64,000 nt of DNA, from NCBI RefSeq assembly GCF_004010195.1, contig NC_057719.1:36635094-36699093 (forward strand). Reading direction: 5' to 3'. The translations under genes were made by a program, and so were the position numbers. Positions 24,270-37,385 of the stretch are shown one piece after another (within the stretch, counting starts at the first letter, position 1; every line of letters starts with the position of its first letter). Under the pieces are notes generated by a model. It had not been told where the DNA came from, did not search any database, and was given only the letters and a program-made list of their open reading frames with translations. Origin of the DNA: Chiloscyllium plagiosum (taxonomy: Eukaryota).

Positions 24270-26170
24270 ATAGTTTCTCTGCGTTGCAGCACATAGTGGC
24301 TCATTGAAGTAATGTTCTCATGCAGTTTCATTTGTGCCTGTTGTGATGATTGCTTCTGTAGTTGAGTATTTGGTCTGTGTCTGTTGTTTTCCTGTAGACG
24401 CTGGTTTGAAGTTCCCCATTGGCTGTTCGCTGTACTGTGACATCTAGACATGGCAGTTTATTGTTGCTTTCCTCCTCTTTAGTGAATTTTATGCCAGTAA
24501 GAGTATTATTGATGGTCTTGAAGGTTTCCTCTAATTTGTTTCGTTTAGTGATGACAAAGGTGTCATTCAAGTAGTGGACCCAAAGTTTGAGTTGGATTAT
24601 TGGCAGAGCTGTTTGTTCACGTCTCTGCATTACTGCCTCTGCTAAGAACCCTGATATCGGAGATGCCAAGGGTGTTCTGTTGGTTTGTCTGTAGGTTTTG
24701 TGGGTGGTAAGGCATAGGTCCACTAGCTTGATGATACTGTCCTTGCTGATGAAGTTGGTGGTGTTTGGTGTATGTGTCTTTGGGTCTTCTAATAGTGTAG
24801 TCAGTGTTTCCTTGACCAGGTTGATGTTGATGGATATGAACAGGGCTGTTACCCCAAAGGAGACCATTATTTCATCCTCTTCTGTCTTGATGTCTTTGAT
24901 GGTCTTCAGGAATTCTTGGGTGGAGTGGATGGAGTGACATGAGTCTTCTACTTTAGTCTTTGGTCTAGCTCCTTGGCCAATCTGTAAGTTGGTGTTCCAG
25001 GTAGCAAAACTATGAGTCTGAGGGGGGTCCTGGTTTGTGAATTTGGGTAATCCGTAGAAGCGTGGTGTGTTGGATCCATCTGGTTTCATTTTTTGGAAGT
25101 CAGTTTTATTTATTTCTCCAGATTTCTGAAGTTTTTTGTGTAGGGCTGTGATTCAGTTCTCTAGTTGTGAGGTTGGGTCTATCACCACTTGTTTGTAAGT
25201 GTTGGTAGCTACAAGTAGTGTGTTCACCTTTTCAATGTAATCTCTTTGATTTAAAATGACTGTTAAGCATCCTTTGTCTGCAGGTATGATCTTTTTTTTA
25301 GTCTTTCTAGCACTTTCCTTTCTTGTGTATTGAGTGTGTTTCCTTCCTTTTTCCTGCTTAATGTTGGTGCAATTGTCTGTCTGATGGTTTGCTGGGTTTA
25401 TTCTGTGGGCTGGTTGTCTTTCAGTGTTGTTTCTAATGCTGCTAAGAAATCTTTCTTGTCCGCATTCTGGAAGTTGTAATTTAATCTTTTTACTAAGACG
25501 GCTTTTTCAGTGTCTGTTAAGGGTCGGTCAGATAAGTTTTTTATCCTTGTTTCTGTGTTGTCTGTGTTGTTATTTTGTGTAAGTTTGTCTAGTTTTTTTT
25601 TGGTAGGTCTAGGTTTTTCATTTTCTATGTTTGCCGCTGTCTAATGTCTATGGCTTATTGTACTGTGTCTGTCCATTCATGGTCTGTTGCAATCGTGAGT
25701 AAAACCTTTTGGTGCGAAAGTTCCCGGTTGTATTTACAAACTCATTTGTGGGCATCATTAATCATTTCTCTAAGCAGTCTGTGGCCATTTTGCTCTGGTA
25801 TTCTTTTGGCTAGCGGGGTGTTAAGTGGAGATATGTATTTAAGACATTTAGGTAGTACCTGCAGGAAGTACAGCTGTTCGTGGGTGGTGCTCTGTTGGAT
25901 GGCATTGGTTTCCCATATTGCGCCCATAGGTGTTAAAACGTTTTGAGAAGATTTGTAACTCTGGTTGAGGTTCTGGATGTAGGTTTGCTCACTGAACTAG
26001 AAGGTTCGTTTTCAGACATCACCAACCCAAGGAAACACAAACACATAAATCAAAAGGGGGTCATACCACCAGTATGGCTTCATCCGGAGGCTCACTGATG
26101 ATGTTACCTAGTATGATGACGAAACGTTATGAAGACGAACCTTCCAGCTCAGTGAGCAAACCTACATCCA
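24270..26170 (-). mobile_element. Penelope-like element (family B): RT region, 5' pLTR with inverted segment; 3'-truncated
   Basis: PRFYGLPK, MVSFGVTALF, SPISGFLAEAVM, YLNDTF, IKFTKEEE, LDV and VYRKTTDTDQILNYRSNH. Inverted repeat at 25970-26170. Confidence 0.9.
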
Positions 26171-26814
26171 AATTCAAAGTGTGGTTGTGAAATCTGACAC
26201 TGTGCTGTTGTGAAGGCTGAACAATAAAGGTAGTGAATTCACAGATTTATAAACTGACGTCTGTTAACTAGTCTTAGCATACTTTCAGAAAGCATGTCAT
26301 TTGACATTTTCTCTGAATAAGCTTTCCTCTTTGTTCTCTCACCTTTCTGATTCTCGACAGGTTTACTCTGAACACAAAAAGCTAAAAGAGACAGAGAATC
26401 TCTCTGGTATTGAAGAGTGACATGGCTGGTTAATTATGCTTAATAACTAATCTTTTCCATCCCATTCCCACCATTAGATGCATTAGTAGTACCAATATAT
26501 ACAGAAGCTTCCAAGATCAAATGAAAGACTCTTGTCCCAAATCAAGTAGCTCTGAAGTGGTCATCCATGCAGATGCCTGAATGGATGCCCCCAAACTCCA
26601 CCAGCTGTGACTGGTCAGTTATTTGCAAGAGGCAACCATTGCCCCTCTGTTGACATCAGTTCAGTCCTCAGAAAGTTGGCCTCCATTTGACACCAACACA
26701 ATTTGGATGGTGCTCTAAATGATTTGACCCTGCTCAAGGTACTGGGGCATCATTCTTTCCTTGCGATGTTCCCAATCAGTAACGGGGTGGATGCCCAATT
26801 GACAATCCGAGAGA

Positions 26815-27141
26815 GATTAGATTAGATTAGATTACTTACAGTGTGGAAACAGGCCCTTGTTGCCCAGCAAGCCCACACCGACCCTCTGAAGAGCAACCCA
26901 CCCAGACCCATTCCCCTACATTTACCCCTTCACCTAATATTACGGGCAATTTAGCATGGCCAATTCACCTGACCTGCACATTTTTGGACTGTGGGAGGAA
27001 ACCGGAGCACCCGAAGGAAACTCACGCAGACATGGACAGAATGTGCAAACTCCACACAGACAGTTGCCTGAGGCGGGAATTGAAGCCGGGTCTCTGGTGC
27101 TGTGAGGCAGCAGTGCTAACCACTGAGCCACCATGCTGCCC
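26815..27141 (-). mobile_element. tRNA-derived SINE, HE1-like
   Basis: Full-length homologue of the 17656 copy with (GATTA)n tail on +. Confidence 0.9.
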
Positions 27142-27811
27142 TATGCAGTGCCCAAACATGTGTTAATATAGGTAACATCAGACGGTGCTAAATTGAATCT
27201 TAAGTGGGAACAGAGATGGTTTTTGATGCTGATATGGTTCCATGAGGTCTGAACCTGAACTGCCCAGCCTCAAACTGGAAAAAAACAATATAAGCAAGGC
27301 TGAGATGATAGTGATAAAACTCCCACTGCCTTTAACATTCAGAATATAATAGATAACTTTTATAAGGTCCTGAAATCTGAAGTTCTGCAGCTTCCAATAT
27401 TCAGGCATACTTTCCCTTATAAAAAACACAATGATCTTTGCCTCAACTATTTGTTATAATTTCACAAGTTACTTAGAAAGATTGATAGGGAGGCATTAGT
27501 GTTGGTTGTTAATTAAAAGATAACTTAGAGGATGTACAGCTGGCATTGAGAAATAAAGTTAACACAGGAATAACATGAAGAAAACATCAATTACACGTCT
27601 TTCTTCTTTCCGGTATCCCTGCTGGTATTAATTGGGCTTAAAGGGTCAGGATTGTTCTCACTTGAATTAATTTTACTTGCCTTTGTTTTGTTTCTTACGA
27701 CTTGAGTCTGTGAGCTATTTAATAAAAACTCAATTCCCTTTCACACAGCCTGGCAACTGCTATGTACCTGTGGTAGAAAAGTAAATTAGAGTCAGAAAAT
27801 ACTCCTCATAT

Positions 27812-28622
27812 GTCTGCAAGTTAGCTTGCTGAGCTTGAGGGTTTGTTTTTAGATGTTTCGTCACCATATGAGGTAACATCATCAGTGACAGTCTCTGGTT
27901 AAGTGCTGTTGGTATGTCCCACCTCTCTTTTTATAGGTCTTGGTTTCTTAGGGTGGGTGATGTTATTTCTGGTCCTTGTTTTCAAGGTAAGGTAGATAGG
28001 ATCTAAATCGATATGTCTATTGATGGAGTTCTGGTTAGAATGCCACACCTCTAAGAATTCTTGCGTGTGTCTTTGTTTCGCCTGTCCTAGAATGTGTGGG
28101 TTGTCCCAGTCAAAGTGGTGTCCTTCTTTGTCTGTATGTGTGGAAACTAGTGAGAGTGGGTCATGTCTTTTGTTGGCCAGTTGGTGTTCATGTATCCTGG
28201 TGGCATGTTTCCTGCTAGTTTGACTGACGTAGTGTTTTTTTACAGTTCTTGCATGGTATCTTGTAAACGACGCTAATCTTTATGCTGGTATCTGATAGAT
28301 CTTTTAAGTTCATTAGTCGTTGTTTAGGTGTATTGGTAAGTTTGTAGACTACCGTGATGCCAAGGGGGTCTGAGTAGTATGGAAGTCATTTCTGATATGT
28401 CTTTGTTGTTTGAAAAAAGAACTGGAAATGACATCACCCACCTTAAGAAATCAAGACCTATAAATAGAGAGGTGGGACATACCACCAGCGCTTCACCAGA
28501 GACTCTCACTGATAATGTCACCTAGTACAGTGGCGAAACGTCTGAAAACAAATCTTCAAGCTCAATGAGCTAACTTTCAGACTTATCATCAACTTGAGCT
28601 ACAAATCTTGTCAAAAATCACT
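27812..28622. mobile_element. Penelope family B fold-back insertion including a GIY-YIG-like 3' region
   Basis: Inverted pLTR arms. TSD AATACTCCTCATAT at 27798-27811 and 28623-28636. The minus strand shows decayed YKIPCKNC, YVSQTSR and REFLEVWHS. Confidence 0.85.
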
Positions 28623-31600
28623 AATACTCCTCATATTGCAAAAACATTTTGTCCAAAATATTCTAATTACAGATACTAGGGACAAAACTGATTGGCGGAT
28701 TTTGTTCTTTGTATTGTTATTGCTGCAGTTCTTCTACATTTTCTTCAAAGCATTTTGAAATTTCTGTCTTCATAACTACTACTTCAAACCTATGTGAAGA
28801 ATACCTTCAATTCTCCACCTTTCAGTCTTCAAGACTTAACCCTCAGGTCTCAGTAGTTTGAAAATTTAAGAAGCTGATTATATAACATGTGCACTCTTTC
28901 TCTTGACCTCTGCCCTCATTTGATCATTCATTTTATCCTAAGAAAATAGTGAACACTAATCAGTAGTCTCAATATGAAATCTTTCAGCTACATGCATAAA
29001 TAAACTTTTTATGAAAACAGCATTCTATGTGTCAATTAGCTCGCAATATTTCCATCCTTCATGCTCCCTTCAAAACGCTTTCACTCCTAAGGGAATCAAC
29101 CAGAAATTAAGAACTAGGGTAGCTCACTACATTGCTGGTGTAGCCTCTAATCTGAAATATTCACATTTTATAAACTTGTTGCCATGTTTGATCGTACTGT
29201 TAGACAGAACCTTTCCAAGTGATGCAACAATTTGCCATGTTCACTAGGCTTCATTCAGGTCATTGTGACACAATGAATTAGAAATTAAATAGAGAACCAG
29301 GCCCACTGACAGGGATCTTACATGGATCTGCATCCAATTCCACCTGCATTTTATGTTTGGATGACAGAGCTGCTTTTCAACAGTAAACTGTTTGAGAGAA
29401 TGGCATGGTGGATGAACCAATTCCTTTCAGCATATACAGTATTTAAATTCCCTCATGGCATGTGGACAACACCAGCAAGGCTAGCATTTTTTGAACTCAG
29501 TGACTTCTGAAATCAGATAAAGAGTCAACCACAATGCTATATCCTAGACCAGACCAAGAAAGAATAACAGATTTCCTTCAACAAAGGACATTAGGAAGCT
29601 CTTACAACATAGTTTCATAGTCATTATTACTGAGATTATCTTATAATTAGTTGAAGAATAATTAATTTTGTCAGTTGCTATGATGGGGAATGTATCCATA
29701 TCCCAAGAATAGTTTGGATCTAAATTAGTTCTATGATAACATGCATTTCATTAATGTGAATTCGTAGCAGCACTAATCAATCAGAGACTCCAAGGAGAAA
29801 GCTGAGAGATAGACTGATTCACCATTAGAGACGAGGCCCAGATTTACTCATGGCAACAAGTACCATTCCACCTCCTGTCAACAGTGTTAACAGAGTAGAT
29901 CCACACAAATTAGAAGTTAACCAAAGGGAGACAGACCTTTCAATGATGGTAGCTTTCATTTGAATCTACTGGTTGATGATGTTAACATTCTCCATGTTTC
30001 ACAAAGAGAACATGTTCAGATCTTCCAGGAGCTGACATTCATCCTAGATAGAGCAGTCCATAGTGACAGTTTCATTTACTTTTGCTTGTTTATTTTATAA
30101 TAAATTAGTTTTGTATCCTCCTGCCTCAAAATAAAACCAGTTTATAAACCTATTGTGATATCTGAAATCTTTGTGATGCCCTGTGTGATGGTGAGGTTTG
30201 CTCTGTGATGTGATGTCAGAGTGAGACTCCTTTGCTAAGGACCTCTGCTTGTTGGAACTGCTGAGCAAACAAACAGGTAAAATGTTAAAACCTGGTTTCT
30301 ACTTGGTTATAAACCAATCACGTTGGTGGTGGACAATGGTGATTGTATTGCTGGCTTTTTCAACACCAGGATAGCTCCAATGTTGCAATATGTTTTAAAA
30401 CAATGTTTTTATTCCTTAGCTATGAAGCACAGTGAGCTAGACACTGCAGATCATCTGTAGCACCAGGTAGCACTGATCAGGATCACAAATGCTGGGATGG
30501 GCTATAGGCGTGGTTAGTGATGCCCATTCTGCTGGTGTAGATCTGAGTTCAATTTAATCTAAATTCTTGCTGTACTATACGTGTTGGGTCGGACATATTG
30601 AAAAGAGATTTTGAAGAAAGGCTACATGAGATGATGAGGCAGTCACATTAATCTCTATTCTAGACATGCAGATGGCTGGGAATAAATATCTACCTGGAAC
30701 TTTAGAGTATATCAAGCAAAACATGATCATTTTAATAATAGCTCTAGAGTTATAAACAATATCATATGTGATATGTAGTGGAATAAGCATTATGCTCACA
30801 GACTGGCAGTGCAGAATCTGAGAGAGGGCTAGTTACAACAGAAATCAGGCTGCAGACACATAACAATAAATATAGCTATTCCTTCCAAAGGTGCCTTTCC
30901 ACTGTCCTTCACCACTTGCAATACAAGATAACAACGTTGTGACTAACCTTTCGATGTCAGTAGCCTTCCTTCTATTGAATTTTGTGGTTGAGTGTACCCA
31001 CTGCTCTTGCTGCTTTCACAAAGTGAACTTTTTCAGATCCTCTCATCATTAATATTCAGTCTGAGATAGATCATCCACTTTGTAAGACTGTGCAGCTCCA
31101 CATCCTTAAACTGATTAGACAACCTACTACCTCAAATATACACTGCTTATTAATCAAATCTGATGCATATTGGGAAGGTAAGACTTGCTTTGTGATGTCA
31201 AAATTTGAGTCATACAGTTCAAGAGTCACACCTTGAGAAACTTCCCATGATGGCTTCATTTAAGATACAATGACTGACTACATTAGAATGAAAGAACAGG
31301 TTTCTATGTGATCATATCCCAGAGACCGGGATGTGCAGGCAATGGGCAGCAATGGGTTTTATTGCCTCCTGCCGATGTTATGAAGTAGCAGTTGTACACA
31401 TTTATAGAAAAGAAAGTGCTCAACAAATCCCCAAAATCGTGGCAGCCAATTAGTGTGGGATAACAAGGAGAAACATTGCCTACCTATGCCATGTATACAA
31501 TAGTCAAAACAAATTCAACCTAGCCAATTACTCCCATGAGTCTTCTCTCAACCATCAACAAAGTGATGGAAGGTGTCACCAACAGCACTGTCAAACAGCA

Positions 31601-31659
31601 CTTCCTCAGCAATAACCTGCTCAGTGATGACCAGTTTGGGTTCTGGCAGGTTCTTCCCT

Positions 31660-33287
31660 ACCTTCCAAGAAAAATAAATAGCAACCTCTTGAAAAATGTC
31701 CATATTGCAGAGGAGGTGGTGCTGTACACCTTAAAATGCTTAAAGGTGGATAAATCCCCGGGATCTAATCAGGTGTACTCTAGAATTCTATGGGATGCTA
31801 GGAAAGTGATTGCAGAGCCCCCATGCTGAGATATTTGTATCATCGTTAGCCACAAGTAAGATGCCAAAAGACTGGAGTTTGGCTAACATAGGTGCCACTA
31901 TTTACGAAAGGTGGTAAGGAAAAGCCAGGGAACTTTAGACTAGTGAACCGATCAGTGATAGGCAATTTGTTGGAGAGAATCCTGAGGGCTAGGATGTACA
32001 TGGACTTAGAAAGACAAGGACAGATTAGGGATAGTCAACATGGCTTTGTGCGTGGGAAATTCTATTTTACAAAGTTGATTGAGTTTTTCGAAGAAATAGC
32101 AAAGAGGATTGATGGGGGCAGAGCAGTGGACGTGATCCATACGTACTTCAGTAAGGCATTCGACAAGGTTCCTCATGGTAGATTGGTTAGCGAGGTTAGA
32201 TCACATGGAATAGAGGGGGACCTAGCTATTTGGATACAGAACTGGCTTGAAGGTAGAAGACAGAGGGTGGTAGTAGAGGTTGGTTTTCAGACTGGAAGCC
32301 TGTGACCAGTGATGTGCCACAAAGATCAGTGCTGGGTCCACTGCTTTTTGTCATTTATATAAATGATTTGGATGTGAACATAGGAGGAATAATTAATAAG
32401 TTTGGAGGTGTAATGGACAGCAAATAAGGTTACCTCAGAGGACAATAGGATAACAATCAGATGGACTAATGGGCTGAGGAGTGACAATGGAATTTTATTT
32501 AGAGGTGCTGATTTGGAAAAGCAAATCAAAGCAGGATTTATACACTTAATGGTAAGGGCCTGGGGAGTGTTGCTGAACAAAGAGATCTTGGAGTGCAGGT
32601 TCATAGTTCCTTGAAAGAGGAGTTGCAGATAGATGGGATAGTAAAGAAGGTGTTTGGTACGCGTTCCTTTATTGGTCAGTGCATTGAGTACAGGAGTTGG
32701 GAGGTAATGTTGTACAGGACATGGTTAGACTACTTTTGGAATATTTGTGCAATTCTGGTCTCCATCCTATAGGAAGGATATTGTGAAACATAAAAGGGTT
32801 CAGACCTGTTTTACAAGGATGTTGCCAGGGTTGGAGGGATGGAGCTATAGGGAGAGGCTGAATAGATTGGGGCTATTTTCCCTGGAATATTGGAGGCTGA
32901 GGGGGCGACCTTATAGAGGTTTATAAAATCATGAGGGGCATGGACAGGATATATAGCCAAGGTCTTTTCCCCAGCATGGGGGGAGTCCAAAACTAGAGGG
33001 TGTAGGTTTAAACTGACATGGGAAAGATTTATAAGGGACCTATGAGATGACTTTTTCACACAGAGGGTGGTGTGTGCATAGAATAAACTGCCAGAGGAAG
33101 TGGTGGAGATTAATATAATTGCAATATTTAAAAGGCATCTGGATGGGTATATGAATAGGAAGGGTTTGGAGGGATATGGACTAAATGCTGGCAAGTGGGA
33201 CGAGATTTATTTAGGATATCTGGTCGGCGTGGACGAGTTGGCCGAAGGGTCTGTTTCCATGCTGTATATCTCTATGATACTTCTATA
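31660..33287 (+). mobile_element. 5'-truncated CR1 LINE
   Basis: [23 protein letters not shown] and FKRHLDGYMN fragments; CR1 3' end. Confidence 0.9.
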
Positions 33288-35584
33288 AAGTGCTTAAAAA
33301 AAACAGACTTTCATATTTATATGATGCATTACGTATTGATGTATAATATGAACATTTGAATAATTATATACCAAATGTTACCGTGTCGCTTTGTCATAGA
33401 TTTATTTGGATGCCCGGAAGTAATGTTAATTTACATATTGTTCATGGGATGCGGGCACCACTGGCAAGGCCAGCAGTTTTCACCCATCTCCAAATGCCAT
33501 TGTGAAGTTGAGGTTAAGTTAAAATTAGGTCACATTGGAAAGTAGTTTGAGTAATACTGCTGTAATTCCTTGCTTCGCAAGTACATAATCCATCCTGGTA
33601 AGATTCGGTTATTAGCATGGGTGTCATCTTGTATTACATGCACCATCTTCATTAAATGCTGCTGTCATTTTTCTGTTTTGACACAAATGCATTGGTTCAG
33701 TCTTCACAGTATTAGAATATAAAAACAAGGAAAACTAATGTTTCTATCCACTTGAAGTCTAATAATTTCAGAGACTTAAAATTGGCTAGATGCACTTGCA
33801 TTCACTATAGTCCATTAAAAAGTTGCTCGAATTATATAATTTGTCATATAAAAATGTTTGACTTCTTTGCCTCAACAAGGAGTTTTTGCTCCAAATTGTA
33901 AATTACAACAGCAGATTAAGGTACTAGCATACATATGTCTAATACTGAAGGTAGACTTAATCTGAAACTTCTTTAACTTCACAAAAACTTTGGAGTTGCA
34001 GGCTTTTGTGAGTGACTTCAAATGTAAACTTCTGCCAAATGAAATGAACAAATGTATAAGTTAGTTTTACATAAATCAATCCAATATTGATGAAATGACC
34101 TTGTTGATTTTTATATTTTGTGTTCCAACTCCCTCTACCTTTAAATCATTTTGGAGGAAATATTCTTAAAGATATTAAATGCAAAATATTTTTTTTTAAA
34201 AGACACAGTGTTAAGTACTATAATCTTGCATTGTCTCCGTCAAACTGAACGTGTAAATATGTGGGTAAGACCACTCTATTGCATGTCTTCTTAAAACTAA
34301 AATTTGTGGAGAAAAATGTACCTCCTTCATGACGACTTTCTCCAGAATGGTATTAACTATTCTTTTGTCAGTCAACTATGTTTAAGAAGAGGAAGATCAC
34401 AGGTTTCACTTCGCTTGATTATATAAACATAGTAACTAGGAGCATACTTTGAGCCTGCTCCATCACTTATGATGATCATGGCTGATCATCCAACTTAATA
34501 GCCTATTCCTACTAACCCCCTCAACGTTCCCCCCCCCCACGCCATACCCTTTGATCTCTTTAGACCCAATGCTATATCTACTTCTTGAACTCATACAATG
34601 TTTGGCCTCAACTGCTTTCTGTGCTAAATTCCACAGACGCATCACTTTCAATCCTAAATGGATTGCCCCATATCCTTAGACTGCGACCCCTGATTCTGGG
34701 ACTGCTCAGCCATTGAGATCAAAGTGCAGAGGAATAGCAAAATGGAGAAAATGCTGTTCGTAATCAGGGTTTTTTTAAATTGATGTTTAGAAATTCAACT
34801 TGGTGCCAAACAATGCTTTAAATCAATACAAAAATGTTACATTTATAAAAAGAAAAAAAAAATAGCTCACAAATGTATTTCAAATTGAAACTACCAACAG
34901 TTACTGAAAAAGCAACACTAATTATAAATTTACATTGCAAGGAACTGCAACAGACAAAATGCAAAGTACACCAAAACAGATTTCATTTTTAGTTCAGATT
35001 CTGTAGATAGTCTTGGTAACAAACATTTATCATGAATTTTACATTCTCAGGCTCACATTGCATTTCTTAGGGAACTGGTTACTTTCAAGTCTGGGCACTT
35101 GTTGATTTGCAGAAAATATAGCAGCAACTTGTATACAGCAAGATTCCTCAAGCAGCAATTGAGATAAATAACCAATATAACAAACTAGTTAAGAGATAAA
35201 TATTGGGGGAAACAAAGGATTCCACACTCTTCATGGGGAACTTGTGTATACATGGCATCAGGCAGTTGGGCTTCTACTTCAAATCAAAAGATAGCACGCA
35301 TGGCAAAGCAGTTATCCTTCGATTCAGTACTGAACTGTCAACTGACATTATATATTCAAATTCTGGAGTGAGGTTTGAACTAGTGACCTTTCCAATCAAA
35401 AGGCAAAAGTGATGACACCTATAAAGTTAATATTTGAAAGGAATACATAAAAATATACAACTTACAGTCATATAGCACCTTTAATATAATAAATCACCAT
35501 AAAGCACTCTACATGAAGCAAAATTTGACATTGAGCTGAGAGAGGGGCAAAGTCAGGTAATACTACCAAGATGGAAAATGGCAG

Positions 35585-35822
35585 AAAACAAAAAATGCTG
35601 GAGATCACAGTGGGTCAGGCAGCATCCAAGGAGAGAAAAAAAGCTAACGTTTCAAGTCTAGATGACACTTAACCAGAGCTCACTTCACGTCAGCTCTTAA
35701 GAGTCATCTCGTCTCAAAACATTAGCTTGTTTTCTCTCCATGAATGCTGCCTGATCCACTGTGATCTCCAGCATTTTTTGATTTCAGTACAGATTCCAGC
35801 ATCCGCAGTAATTTTCTCTTAC
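35585..35822. mobile_element. Penelope-derived fold-back insertion (family C), decayed hammerhead motifs
   Basis: Inverted arms (TGCTGGAGATCACAGTGG...). TSD ATGGAAAATGGCAG at 35571-35584 and 35823-35836. Confidence 0.8.
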
Positions 35823-35899
35823 ATGGAAAATGGCAGCATGGATAAATTGTCAGATGTTGATCTGTGGATCAAATACGATTTGGTATGATATAAATAGGT

Positions 35900-36910
35900 T
35901 TTAATCAGATTTAGTGTGCTTACTTTCAGACTGCTGCTGGAAAAAAGGATGGCATCAATAACTAAGGAGCAGAATGTGGAGTAGGTACCAAAAACAATGC
36001 TTTCGCCTTCAAAATATTTAATTGAAGGGACTATCCCAGTCAGTATTGTATGTTGGATAAGCAGTCTGAAAATAAACTTAGCAACACTTGAGAAGTCCAG
36101 ACAGGTGTTAGTGAGGTAGAGTTGGGCGTCAGTGTATATGTGAAAACCCAATGCTGTACTTTCCCATTATGTCACCAAGTCACCCCATGAAGGGCAAAGG
36201 CTGCATCTTGGGGTCACCATGGATTAGAAGAGAAGCCATTACACATGATACTGTCACCAGGATTAGATGGATAAGAATAGAAACAGAATGACAGTGAAGG
36301 AACACAAGGGAGAATGCATAGCCAATAGTTAAACAATGTACACAGGTTAAAAAAGACAAGGAGGGACAGTTTATCTTTATCACATTCATAAAATGCAATT
36401 TATATTTTGATAAATACCACTTTGTTATTGTGATGAGGTAGAAACCTGTTTGGAGGGATTCAAATATGGGGTTCCAGGAAGGGTAGGCAAGTGTTTGAGA
36501 GGCAAGAACACATTTGAGGTCATTGGAGTGGAAAGGCAGGTTAGAGATAGGGTATTGGTTTGCAAGGATGGTGTGTACCAAGGATTGTTTTTTTTGAGAA
36601 GAGGGGTGATGACAGCATATTTAAAGGATTGAGTCAACACCTGAAGAGAGAAACTGTTAACAATATCGGTTAACAGGGAAGGAGTGTGGATGGTCTGTAA
36701 TTTAATAGGAATTGGGTCGAGGGAGCATTTTGCAGATCTCTTGGATAAAATGAGCTTAGAAAGGGCACAATGGGGGATAGGAAAGAAAGTACAAAGATTT
36801 GTGAATACAGGACTAGGGAGTAGCAAAAAAGCTTGGCCCAGTAGGGTAGTGGAAGAGAGGATGAGGCAGATGCAGCTGATCTTACTGACAAAAATGTGCA
36901 TGAACTCTTT
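35900..36910 (-). mobile_element. Old L2-clade LINE fragment
   Basis: CSLDPIP, FKYAVITPLLKK, YPISNLPF and YTDAQLY remnants. Confidence 0.7.
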
Positions 36911-36967
36911 GAACTTAACGATGGATATTTCATATATATGCCACTGTCTGTGTTTTTATAATGAATT

Positions 36968-36991
36968 TATATATATATATATATATATATA
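36968..36991. repeat. (TA)n microsatellite
   Basis: Seen directly in the sequence. Confidence 0.9.
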
Positions 36992-37035
36992 AAATACACA
37001 CCATCCTTAAAGCCTTTCATAGAAATTATTTAATA

Positions 37036-37041
37036 TTTATT
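37036..37041 (-). terminator. Candidate proximal polyadenylation signal AATAAA of the carrier gene
   Basis: AATAAA on the minus strand about 60 nt after the stop codon. The region is AT-rich, so this could be chance. Confidence 0.3.
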
Positions 37042-37098
37042 TGAAATATTAACTTACGTGGATATGATGATTGAATATCTTAAGATGTAGGAACTTAA

Positions 37099-37385
37099 TT
37101 AATCCTTTGCATTTATTTTTTTGAGAAATGCCAGCACAGTTTCATAAATTACAAATGTCAGTCCATTGACAGGAAATGCACGCACACAGTTTAAACTTAA
37201 ACCCTTGAAGAAAACTCTTGCCCCTTCTTGTCTGAAACTTTCATTGATACAATTTAGTACACCATTATATCTCTGCTGTCCCATGCCATCCATCTGCATT
37301 CGGGATTTCATGACATCCATTGGAGTGGCCAAAGTCCAGTAAGTCATGCCAGCACATCCACCAGCCAACAGCATGGCTGACCAAT
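37099..37385 (-). CDS. slc25a47: SLC25A47-like coding exon 6 ((D)WSAMLLAGGCAG...PMDVMKSR...RAFPVN...NAKD*)
   Basis: CAG acceptor and 287 nt to TAA. Contains the third signature and RAFP. Exon lengths sum to 37+44+72+183+283+287 = 906 nt, an uninterrupted 301-aa frame. Confidence 0.93.

Noticed and set aside
7600..35500. Exons of a neighbouring gene such as WARS1 (expected from human synteny)
   Set aside because: No recognisable exon was found by eye; small exons could have been missed.
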